From the NCBI GenBank assembly GCA_021850375.1, contig JAJZLZ010000033.1:612-24866 (forward strand): DNA of 24,255 nt, read 5' to 3'. The position numbers and the translations under genes were made by a program. This stretch comes from Candidatus Micrarchaeota archaeon (lineage in GTDB: Archaea; Micrarchaeota; Micrarchaeia; Micrarchaeales; Micrarchaeaceae). Each line of letters opens with the position of its first letter. Positions within the stretch are counted from its first letter, which is position 1. Shown piece by piece: positions 16,574 to 24,255 of the stretch. The notes beneath the pieces are model-generated. The model saw nothing but the letters and a program-made list of their open reading frames with translations, searched no databases and was not told the DNA's origin.

Positions 16574-17152
16574 ATGTATTATATCAATTCCATAAAAGAC
16601 ACATTCAAGATAATGCCCGAATACTTCGACAAGGAACTTGACGATGTAGCATCAGAAATCATAAAGAAAAAGTATGAAGGCAGAATAGACCACAATATGG
16701 GCGTAATCGTCGCCATATTTAACGTTAGAAACATAAGCGACGGCATCATATACTCCGGAGACCCATCAACACACCACAACGTGGAGTTTGACGTGCTGTC
16801 ATATCTTCCGCATGTGGATGAGGTAGTGGCTGGAGAGGTAACAGAGCTGGTTGAATTTGGCGCATTTGTGCGAATAGGGCCAATAGAGGGGCTTGTGCAC
16901 GTATCCCAGATAACCAATGATTTCCTATCTTTTGACCGCAAGACTCCGGCATTTGTATCAAAGAAGAGCGGTAAGAGCCTAAAGAAAGGAGATATGATTT
17001 ATGCTAAAATATCAACAGTGAGCATGAAGAGCTCTGTAAAGGATTCTAAGATCGCACTGACTATGAAGCCCGAAGGATTGGGCAAGCAGGAATGGATTGA
17101 CGATTCAATTAAAGCAAAGAACAGGGCGCAGAACCAGAGGAAAAAGCAATAG
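16574..17152 (+). CDS. rpo7: RNA polymerase subunit Rpo7 (E')
   Basis: GEVTELVEFGAFVRIGPIEGLVHVSQITND...KGDMIYAKISTVS...KIALTMKPEGLGKQEW. Confidence 0.97.
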   Translation: MYYINSIKDTFKIMPEYFDKELDDVASEIIKKKYEGRIDHNMGVIVAIFNVRNISDGIIYSGDPSTHHNVEFDVLSYLPHVDEVVAGEVTELVEFGAFVRIGPIEGLVHVSQITNDFLSFDRKTPAFVSKKSGKSLKKGDMIYAKISTVSMKSSVKDSKIALTMKPEGLGKQEWIDDSIKAKNRAQNQRKKQ

Positions 17153-17160
17153 ATGATTTG

Positions 17161-17352
17161 ATGGAAGAGAAAGCGTGCAGAAACTGCAAAATAATAATAA
17201 GCCATGGGGACAAGTGCCCAATATGCGGCGAGAAGGATTTAACAGGCAAATGGAGTGGTTATGTTATAGTCTTAAATGCCGAAAAATCCTCTGCAGCACA
17301 TATGCTCAATGTTAAAATGAACAGCACATATGCTATAAGCATAAATGACTGA
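17161..17352 (+). CDS. spt4: Transcription elongation factor Spt4 (RpoE'')
   Basis: KACRNCK...CPICG...WSGYVIVLNAEKS..A..LNVK....YA. Confidence 0.95.
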   Translation: MEEKACRNCKIIISHGDKCPICGEKDLTGKWSGYVIVLNAEKSSAAHMLNVKMNSTYAISIND

Positions 17353-17370
17353 AATAAATTGTCAATATAA

Positions 17371-17391
17371 GCATGGGCTACTGCCCATTGC
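17371..17391. terminator. Small hairpin between convergent spt4 and FKBP genes
   Basis: ATGGGC-TACT-GCCCAT, a 6-bp stem, flanked by GC/GC. Confidence 0.4.
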
Positions 17392-17395
17392 ACTT

Positions 17396-18097
17396 CTATT
17401 GCTCTTCCTCGTGCTTGTGCTCTTTTGGCTTTGAGTACTCCTCTATAACTTTAACGCTGTCTATGCTATTTATATATGTAAAAGCCGAGGCTATCGCGTT
17501 CGCCTTTCCCACAAAGTAGTCCGCATTCTTTTGCACAGAATCTTTGTACACCATCTGCACCTGAGAGCCAGATATCTTAACTTCGCTGGGCTCTGCACCA
17601 TATGTCTTTCCAAGGATTTTTATCTTCTCATCTTCAGATGTTATGTTCTTTACGACTTTAAGTTCATAGGTTATTGCCATGCCCGCATATGGATGATTTG
17701 CGTCAACCACAACGCGGCCCGAATTTATACTCTTTACCGTTATTGTCATATTATCCATCTTCAGCCTCATGCCCGGATATGGGTTGATATCATGCTTTTT
17801 AAATTCTGATAGGGGCATCACGCGAACAAGATCCGCGTTTCGTTCTCCAAAGGCATCGGCTGGTTTTAGGGAGAATTTCTTTGGGGTATTTAGATCCATC
17901 CCCATCAATGCGCTCTCCATGCCCTTTACGACGGCGCCAGAACCTAATATGACTAGTATTGGCTCGTATTTTACCTTGTCTGAGTATATATTTGCCTCTT
18001 TTGCGACCTTCTCATTAGTCGACTCTAAAACTCTAGCGTCTGCATCGCTCCATAGCGTATACTCAACTTCCAAAAAGTCTCCATCTTTAAAAGCCAT
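17396..18097 (-). CDS. Long-type archaeal FKBP peptidyl-prolyl isomerase (SlyD-like)
   Basis: GDFLEVEYT...LGSGAVVKGMESAL...PADAFGERNADLV...PYPGM...GRVVVDANHPYAG. AGGT SD before ATG 18097. Confidence 0.93.
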   Translation of the reverse strand: MAFKDGDFLEVEYTLWSDADARVLESTNEKVAKEANIYSDKVKYEPILVILGSGAVVKGMESALMGMDLNTPKKFSLKPADAFGERNADLVRVMPLSEFKKHDINPYPGMRLKMDNMTITVKSINSGRVVVDANHPYAGMAITYELKVVKNITSEDEKIKILGKTYGAEPSEVKISGSQVQMVYKDSVQKNADYFVGKANAIASAFTYINSIDSVKVIEEYSKPKEHKHEEEQ

Positions 18098-18174
18098 GAC
18101 ATTACCTGTTTGCAATTAAAACAAGAATAGTTTTATAATATAACAATATAATACCTTTTGTATCTGGTGTTCAT

Positions 18175-18780
18175 ATGGATGCACAAAAACGAAACAGGAT
18201 AATAATTACTTTGGGTACGCTCATAGTGGCAGTTATGTTTGTCAGCTCATATGCCTCTTTTGGAAACAACAACATCGCGGGCAGCAGCACAGCTACTACA
18301 ACAATTCGCAGCGGATCAACAATAGTCGTATATGGCAGTGCAATTGGCAGGGTTGTAAACTACAGCAGCAGCCTTAATATGACAATAAATACAGATAAGC
18401 AGAGCAACACAATAAATTACATTAACGCTACGCTTGGCGAGCTAGAATCAAATAATTTAATAGGCAGCTATGATTATTTGGGGAGCGGAAAATACGCGAT
18501 AATACTCTCTAAAATGAACCTCTACAACTTCAGCAAGATAATATCAAATAATTCCATATATAACGCGAGCGTGTATGGAGAGGAGTACTTGAGCATACCA
18601 AATAGCGTAGAGCTCTACTACAACACCCAGGCGGCGAAGATAGCTCTTCCAAATAGCGAATACGGCATTTATACCTCAAATATACTATCTTTAAATTCGA
18701 GCATCAATATAAGCATAAGCGCGGTTGTATACACAAATGGCTCATTATACAATAACCAGCTGCGCATATCTCAAGGATAG
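18175..18780 (+). CDS. Membrane-anchored secreted glycoprotein, hypothetical
   Basis: KRNR followed by a TM (IIITLGTLIVAVMFVSSYASFG). Nine N-x-S/T sequons. GGTG SD. Confidence 0.82.
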   Translation: MDAQKRNRIIITLGTLIVAVMFVSSYASFGNNNIAGSSTATTTIRSGSTIVVYGSAIGRVVNYSSSLNMTINTDKQSNTINYINATLGELESNNLIGSYDYLGSGKYAIILSKMNLYNFSKIISNNSIYNASVYGEEYLSIPNSVELYYNTQAAKIALPNSEYGIYTSNILSLNSSINISISAVVYTNGSLYNNQLRISQG

Positions 18781-18795
18781 CGATTTGATGATTAG

Positions 18796-20493
18796 ATGGA
18801 GCAGGACAAAACAAATAAGATCATACATAAATTTGCGATAAAAAACGCCTATGAATACGGTAGCGCACGCTTAGAATCGGTATTGGGCAAGGTTATAACC
18901 GCAGAGCCGCAACTCAAATTAGATATGGCGGCCCTTGTCGGCATGATAAAAAAGGAGGTTGAAAGGGTAAACTTGTTGAATAAAGAGCAGATTGCACTTG
19001 AGGCGGGGCAATTTGCTGATGAATTTAAATCCTCAGACGCGGAGCGCGCCAAGCGCAGCGCCGAGCATAATTTTTCAATAAAAGGCGCAACAAAAGGCGA
19101 GTTCATAACGCGCTTCCCACCAGAGCCCGGCGGCTATATGCATATAGGGCATGCAAAGGCGGTATATATAGAGAGCGTGCTCAAAGAGCAATATAGCGGC
19201 AAACTGATGCTCTATTTTGACGACACAAATCCAGATATAGAGCGCCAGGAGTACGTTGACGCCTTCCGTGAAGATTTATTGTGGCTTGGGATAAAATTTG
19301 ACAGAGAGTACTTCGGGAGCGATAGCATACCAATTTTATATAAGTACGCGCAAACCGCAATTGCAAATAACCATGCATATGTCTGCACATGCGATCAAGA
19401 GAAGATAAAGAGCTTAAGGCTTCAGGGCATAGGATGCGAGCATAAGGCGCAGAATGCAGATTCTAATATAGAAATGTGGGAGCAGATGCTCGAAAACAAA
19501 TTTGGGGCGGGAGAAGCGGTGGTGAGGTTAAATTCGGACATAAGTTCTGTTAACACTATGATGCGTGATCCCACGCTTTTTAGAATAAAGACCACTCCGC
19601 ATTATAGGCAAAAGGACAAATATGTTGTTTGGCCCACATACGACTTTGGCACCCCGATAATAGACTCTATGAACAATATCAGCGATGTTATACGAGGCAA
19701 GGAATACGAGATGCGCGATCCCCTATACTTTGCGGTGCTTGACATGCTAAGCCTTAAAAGGCCTAGAATAACCAGCTTCGCAGAGCTTGACATAGAAAAC
19801 AACATTACTTCAAAGAGAATAATAAGGGAAATGATTGCGCAGGGCAAAATATCTGGGTGGGATGATCCCAGGCTGGTCACCATACGCGCATTGAAAAGGC
19901 GCGGCATAATTTCAGAGGCGATAAAAGAATTCTCCTTGAGATCAGGCATGGGAAAATCGGAGAGCACAACAAGCATAGATGCTCTTCTTTCTATAAACAA
20001 AAGGTTGCTAATTAAAACTGCTCAAAGTATTTCTGCGATAAAAAATCCAATAATTCTAAACCTAACAGGAGCATCGCAATCTAACATCGCCAATGGGATA
20101 GTATTTGACGCAAACAATCATGCTGCGCTATGGGTTGACTTAAATGAGATACAAAGCTTAAAACTCTCGACAAAAAGCATCGCTGTGCTTAAAAGATCGC
20201 TGCCGATTAAAATTAATGGCATCTCAAATAGGCAGATAGATGCAAGCGTAGAAGGCGCTGCGCCAGTGGGCGCCGCAACCATAGACTGGATTGGAGAAGG
20301 AATAGAATGCGAGATGTGGGAGATAGGTAATCTCATGAACAAAGATGAATTCAACAATAAGAGCATTGTTAAACACCGGGCGATAATATCAGAGGATGCA
20401 GCCAAATTAGCCAAAGGAGAGGTTATAAACATCAAAGGCATCGGGCTATACTGTATTGACAGCACAGATCCCATAAGATTGATATCGCTGTAG
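18796..20493 (+). CDS. gltX: Glutamyl-tRNA synthetase (archaeal type)
   Basis: TRFPPEPGGYMHIGHAK (HIGH), FDDTNP, AYVCTC, MRDPTLFR, WPTYDF, RGKEY, SKR, GWDDPRL.TI.AL.RRGI. Confidence 0.95.
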   Translation: MEQDKTNKIIHKFAIKNAYEYGSARLESVLGKVITAEPQLKLDMAALVGMIKKEVERVNLLNKEQIALEAGQFADEFKSSDAERAKRSAEHNFSIKGATKGEFITRFPPEPGGYMHIGHAKAVYIESVLKEQYSGKLMLYFDDTNPDIERQEYVDAFREDLLWLGIKFDREYFGSDSIPILYKYAQTAIANNHAYVCTCDQEKIKSLRLQGIGCEHKAQNADSNIEMWEQMLENKFGAGEAVVRLNSDISSVNTMMRDPTLFRIKTTPHYRQKDKYVVWPTYDFGTPIIDSMNNISDVIRGKEYEMRDPLYFAVLDMLSLKRPRITSFAELDIENNITSKRIIREMIAQGKISGWDDPRLVTIRALKRRGIISEAIKEFSLRSGMGKSESTTSIDALLSINKRLLIKTAQSISAIKNPIILNLTGASQSNIANGIVFDANNHAALWVDLNEIQSLKLSTKSIAVLKRSLPIKINGISNRQIDASVEGAAPVGAATIDWIGEGIECEMWEIGNLMNKDEFNNKSIVKHRAIISEDAAKLAKGEVINIKGIGLYCIDSTDPIRLISL

Positions 20494-20498
20494 CGTCT

Positions 20499-21311
20499 TT
20501 AGTTTAGTGCCGCTATCTCATCTTGAAGCTTTTTTATCTTATGCCCCTCAAATATGTCCTTTAACGCATCCGCTATTTTTATTGCGTCTTTAATCTCACC
20601 TTTTTTAAATTCGCAAAACGCCTTGTAGTAGAGCAGATTCACAGGAAAGCCGCTGAGCGCGAACATGGCCTCGCTGCGCTTTTCAGACTCCTTGTAATCC
20701 ATTATAGCCTGAGAGTATAGAAGGCTTGCATATTCGGATATCATTACATTTTCGCCCATGCTAATAGTAGATAGCACATCATGCGCGCCGCGGATCTTGC
20801 CCATCCTTAGATAACACAAAAACAGAATGTACTGCGACTCGACATCCTTTGTTGCTATGTCGCCAGATTGCAGCATGTAAATGGCTTTTGCAAATAGTTT
20901 TTTTGCTTCGGCATCGATTTTGAAGCTCTCATCCCGCATTTTTGCGTTCTGGTCCATTAAGCCTTCCAAATTATATCTTATTTCGCGAACTATAGCATTT
21001 GAATAATCAATTAGCATGACACCCTTTGCATACAAATACTGTGCCAAGGGCTTTTCTTTTATTATTTCATCGTATGCCAATCCCGCCGCCTCGTAGTTTC
21101 CCGCGGCTATTGATGATTTTATAATTTGCAGCTGCGCCGCTATGCTGCCGGATATCGATGTGGATGAGCCGGAATGGATTATACATTCGCAACTAGAACA
21201 TATTGAGATTTCAGAGCCGCATAGCGTCTCTTCTGCGCAGTATATGCATTGTGATGGCAGATATCTTGATTTTATGCCAGATATTATTTTCAATAGAGCT
21301 TCCGTGCGCAT
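20499..21311 (-). CDS. Hypothetical protein with N-terminal zinc ribbon and TPR-like helical repeats
   Basis: CIYC-x12-CSSC, then helical repeats (AAGNYEAAGLAYDEII, SQYILFLCYLRMGKIRGAHDVL, LLYYKAFCEFKKGEIKDAIKIAD). Confidence 0.75.
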   Translation of the reverse strand: MRTEALLKIISGIKSRYLPSQCIYCAEETLCGSEISICSSCECIIHSGSSTSISGSIAAQLQIIKSSIAAGNYEAAGLAYDEIIKEKPLAQYLYAKGVMLIDYSNAIVREIRYNLEGLMDQNAKMRDESFKIDAEAKKLFAKAIYMLQSGDIATKDVESQYILFLCYLRMGKIRGAHDVLSTISMGENVMISEYASLLYSQAIMDYKESEKRSEAMFALSGFPVNLLYYKAFCEFKKGEIKDAIKIADALKDIFEGHKIKKLQDEIAALN

Positions 21312-21369
21312 GCGAACACATTAGATAAACGATAAAAAAGATTAAATAGTGCGAGGCTGCATTAGATAG

Positions 21370-22029
21370 TCATTTCTTTTTTAGAACCACAAAGAGATGC
21401 GCGCTATCATAGGGCTCTATGTCTATTTTCTCTACTATCTCGTATTTTTCCTTTATCATTGAAAGCTCCTCTTCAAATACCTCCTTTGGGTCTTTTGATA
21501 CGTCTATGCTTTGCGATTTTATTATAAAATATGCATAGCCCCCGCTCTTTAGGGCAGAGGTGTTGTTTAGCAGTATCTGAGCCTGGTTTTTCGAGGATAT
21601 GTCCTGGTATATGACATCATTGATGCCTACATCACTAATATAGGCGCACTTTTGGGCATCTGCAAGTATCGGAACCATGTTAGAACGGCGCTCGCAGAGC
21701 TTTAGTAGCTCGCGCATGTTGCGCTCTGAGATCTCAACGCAGTATACCTCGCCGCTCTCCCCTACTATGTCGCTCACATGGCTTGGTGTAGTTCCTGTAG
21801 CAGCGCCGAGGTATAAAACATGGTTTTTGGGCTTTATCTCAATTGTCTTAAGCCCGTTCAAAATAGCGGCGGCGAGCTTGCTTCTATAAGGATTCCACTG
21901 CCTATATTCTACATTTCCATCCTCAACTAGGGCCTCGCCGTAAACCTTATTTCCGCGCACCATATTTACAGTCGAGAGCTTTCCATCGATTAGGCATATG
22001 CCATCAGATAAAGATTTGACCTTTGCCAT
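21370..22029 (-). CDS. flpA: Fibrillarin-like rRNA/tRNA 2'-O-methyltransferase
   Basis: KVYGE...YRQWNPYRSKLAAAI, VLYLGAATGTTPSHVSD, YCVEIS, PILADA, DVIYQDI, IEPYDSAH. Start is ATG 22029. Confidence 0.96.
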   Translation of the reverse strand: MAKVKSLSDGICLIDGKLSTVNMVRGNKVYGEALVEDGNVEYRQWNPYRSKLAAAILNGLKTIEIKPKNHVLYLGAATGTTPSHVSDIVGESGEVYCVEISERNMRELLKLCERRSNMVPILADAQKCAYISDVGINDVIYQDISSKNQAQILLNNTSALKSGGYAYFIIKSQSIDVSKDPKEVFEEELSMIKEKYEIVEKIDIEPYDSAHLFVVLKKK

Positions 22030-22081
22030 AAAAACTCCGCACACTGCATACTATTGTGCCGTAAAGTTCTATATTCTTAGC

Positions 22082-22099
22082 GTGGCAAAGGTGGCAAAG
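22082..22099. repeat. Perfect 9-bp tandem direct repeat GTGGCAAAG x2
   Basis: 22082-22090 and 22091-22099, in the HEPN-fibrillarin intergenic gap. Confidence 0.8.
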
Positions 22100-22105
22100 T
22101 GCTAT

Positions 22106-22480
22106 TTAATTCCTATTCGAAGCCGCATAATCTAGCATGTATTTTGCAAGCCCATCCATGTAGAGCGACATGCTGCTTTTTGTGACGTTCATATCTAAAA
22201 CATCAAAAGCATCCCCATTGCGCCCGACCTTTGGCTCGGTTACGGAAATTATATAATCCTCAACCTCCTTAGGCAGCTCTGTCGCATTTGCGATATACTG
22301 CAACGAGGCAGACTTTGGCGCATATTTGCACTTGCTTCTCTTATACATAGCGCGCAGAGTCGACTCGAGCGCCTTGCTGTATAGCAATATCGCGACCTCG
22401 AAGTTCTTCTCCTTCCTGTATCTCTTTGCCAGCTCCAAGTTCTTTCTTGCCCTATCCATCAAGACCCTATACCCATCCAT
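22106..22480 (-). CDS. HEPN-domain protein, degenerate
   Basis: ARKNLELAKRYRKEKNFEVAILLYSKALESTLRAMY matches the first HEPN helices. The PKTH.L position reads PKSASL. Confidence 0.75.
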   Translation of the reverse strand: MDGYRVLMDRARKNLELAKRYRKEKNFEVAILLYSKALESTLRAMYKRSKCKYAPKSASLQYIANATELPKEVEDYIISVTEPKVGRNGDAFDVLDMNVTKSSMSLYMDGLAKYMLDYAASNRN

Positions 22481-22510
22481 GATTCCACCCGCATAGAACG
22501 GCTCAATAAA

Positions 22511-22520
22511 TATTTAAATA
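22511..22520. promoter_or_regulatory. Palindromic TATA box between divergent HEPN and kinase genes
   Basis: TATTTAAATA is its own reverse complement. It lies 30 nt from ATG 22480 (-) and 43 nt from ATG 22564 (+). Confidence 0.55.
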
Positions 22521-22563
22521 AGCTCTCTGCAAATAGTGTATATCAAGATAATACGACGTTTGC

Positions 22564-24255
22564 ATGGAGCATTTTGATTTAATTGTAGATAATCTCATTC
22601 AAGAGATGGCAAAGGGAGCAATAAGCCTAAGCGATATTGAAAAGCTTAACGCAGGAATATCGCAAAAGCTTGGCGTAGATAGCGCAAGGATTATATGGCC
22701 TGACGCTTCAAAGGGCGTTGGCCATTTTGCAGACTTTGTATCAAACACCAAGAGAATCTACATAGACAACCAATTAAGCGAGTATTCCTCATTCCCGGAG
22801 CTAATAAGCTACTGGGGCGAAGGCTATAAGAGCTGCGCGATAATCCCAATAATAAATTCCGGAAGGCTCATATGCCTTGCTGAATTCAAGTCTAAAAAGG
22901 AGAATTTTTTTAGCGAAGATATGGTGCGCATGCTGCTCAACATATACTACATCTTTTGCATATCCGAAAATATAAAAAACGCAGAGCAAAAGAGCACGCG
23001 CCTTGCGCTGTATTTTGACGCCGCATTTCGCATGCACGTGCCGCAGCTTGTGGTAAAAAGCGACGGAGAGATAGTCAGGATGAATAATGAGGCGTCAAAT
23101 CTGATGTCACTCAATTCCAACATATTAAACTACCTAAATGATATATCAGGCATGGATGCGCTTTCAAAGCACGGAGCCATAAAGGCGCACATAAAAAATA
23201 GATCTTTTGATATTGTGGCCGAGCGCATAGGAGAGGGGCTTTATTATGTCTTTATGTTCGAGTCAACCCATTCCGACAGGCTCTCTACGATTCTTAGGAT
23301 CATGGATGATAATTATGGCGGCGGTGAGATCATAATAGGGAAGGACTTTAAGGTCAAGGAGACTACCGCAAGCATTAGCAGACTAATCGGCTACGAATCA
23401 TCGCTTCTTATAGGAAAGAACATACTTGATCTGATATCAGATAGGGATAGGGGCAAATTCAAGGAGATGATAGGCAAGCTTGCAGTGGGTGGGCGATTCT
23501 TTGGAATAATAAGCCTTGCTACGAGCAAGGGCACATTATCATATATGAGATATGGCATAGCATGCATGGCCCAGGAGTATGTGATGCTCTTCTACGACGC
23601 AAACCAGGAGCAGTATATATCCAGCATGAGCGAGGCGCTCAACGACTTTGTTGATGGCTCAACGGATATCGCATTCAAGGTCGACGAATCGGGATATATA
23701 AAGGATGCAAACCACTCCATCGAAGCGCCATTAGGATATAAGCGCAGCGAGGTCATAGGAAAGGAGATACGCCACATCTATGCGGACCCGAGCATACTCG
23801 ATCGTGACTTAAGCTATGTGCGCAACGGAGGAAAGGTCGACAATTCATACACTATGCTTATATCAAAAGACGGCAGGCAGATTGAAGCAACAAATTCGAT
23901 TAGGATATTCAAGCGCCCGGACGCTACGGAATATTTAATAGTCGCAAAGGAGCTCGATACGAAGAGAAAACTAAAGGAGTACGGCGAGTTAATAGAGATG
24001 CAAAAATCCCGGATATCGCGGCTTGAGTCTACTGGAGAGCTTAAATCCCAGTTCATATACAACATATCACATGAGCTAAAGACCCCCCTAACAAACATTA
24101 TAGGGTTCTCCAAACTGCTATACAACGGGGATTTCGGTTCGCTCAACTCCGATCAATTGACATACATCTCAACAATAATATCAGAGTCGCACAGGCTTGA
24201 GGAGATAATAAAGCAGGTCTTAGACGCGGCAAAATTGGACTCCGAGAAGGCCAAA
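22564..24255 (+). CDS. Cytoplasmic GAF/PAS sensor histidine kinase (partial, runs off right edge)
   Basis: Not in the ORF track. Manual translation is open for 564 codons. GAF-like GYKSCAIIPIINSGRLICLAEFKSKKENFFSED. PAS-like VKSDGEIVRMNNEA, LIGYESSLLIGKNILDLI, and VDESGYIKDANHSIEAPLGYKRSEVIGKEI...SKDGRQI. H-box FIYNISHELKTPLTNIIGFS (His codon at 24070). Confidence 0.93.
   Translation, partial: MEHFDLIVDNLIQEMAKGAISLSDIEKLNAGISQKLGVDSARIIWPDASKGVGHFADFVSNTKRIYIDNQLSEYSSFPELISYWGEGYKSCAIIPIINSGRLICLAEFKSKKENFFSEDMVRMLLNIYYIFCISENIKNAEQKSTRLALYFDAAFRMHVPQLVVKSDGEIVRMNNEASNLMSLNSNILNYLNDISGMDALSKHGAIKAHIKNRSFDIVAERIGEGLYYVFMFESTHSDRLSTILRIMDDNYGGGEIIIGKDFKVKETTASISRLIGYESSLLIGKNILDLISDRDRGKFKEMIGKLAVGGRFFGIISLATSKGTLSYMRYGIACMAQEYVMLFYDANQEQYISSMSEALNDFVDGSTDIAFKVDESGYIKDANHSIEAPLGYKRSEVIGKEIRHIYADPSILDRDLSYVRNGGKVDNSYTMLISKDGRQIEATNSIRIFKRPDATEYLIVAKELDTKRKLKEYGELIEMQKSRISRLESTGELKSQFIYNISHELKTPLTNIIGFSKLLYNGDFGSLNSDQLTYISTIISESHRLEEIIKQVLDAAKLDSEKAK

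Noticed and set aside
22801-24146. Minus-strand ORFs 22801-23037, 23592-23777 and 23814-24146
   Set aside because: Antisense shadows of the histidine kinase.
1-24255. tRNA, rRNA, C/D sRNA, CRISPR array, transposase, integrase or DGR
   Set aside because: No cloverleaf, paired C and D boxes, repeat-spacer array, or recombinase/RT motif was seen. Intergenic gaps are at most about 215 nt. A covariance-model search was not possible.

Overview
Gene-dense archaeal window, most likely DPANN (Micrarchaeota-like). This assignment is an inference from the QSAMEYLMTYGW class III signal peptide, the divergent ribosomal proteins and the overall gene set. Housekeeping genes: rpl7ae-rps28e-rpl24e, rps8e, eif5a-rps24e-rps27ae, PIN-rpo7-spt4, GluRS, fibrillarin, TrmJ, long FKBP and an ArgF-like transcarbamylase. 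Cell division genes: two tandem FtsZ paralogs and SepF. Also present are several membrane-anchored, sequon-rich surface proteins (including a pilin-signal/beta-propeller fusion), an orphan RmlA-like nucleotidyltransferase, DUF488, a degenerate HEPN and a cytoplasmic GAF-PAS-HisKA kinase that runs off the right edge. Four real genes are missing from the supplied ORF track: the CARDB-like gene at 1-1365, rpl24e, rps27ae and the histidine kinase. No tRNA, rRNA, CRISPR array or mobile element was seen. The most notable observations are the tandem FtsZ2-type pair (shared identical DNA patches, internal terminator, different tails), a non-standard K-turn with a competing hairpin in the L7Ae leader, a transcarbamylase with mixed OTC/ATC signatures, and a GluRS lacking the usual anticodon-recognition motifs. 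All calls were made by eye, with no database searches.
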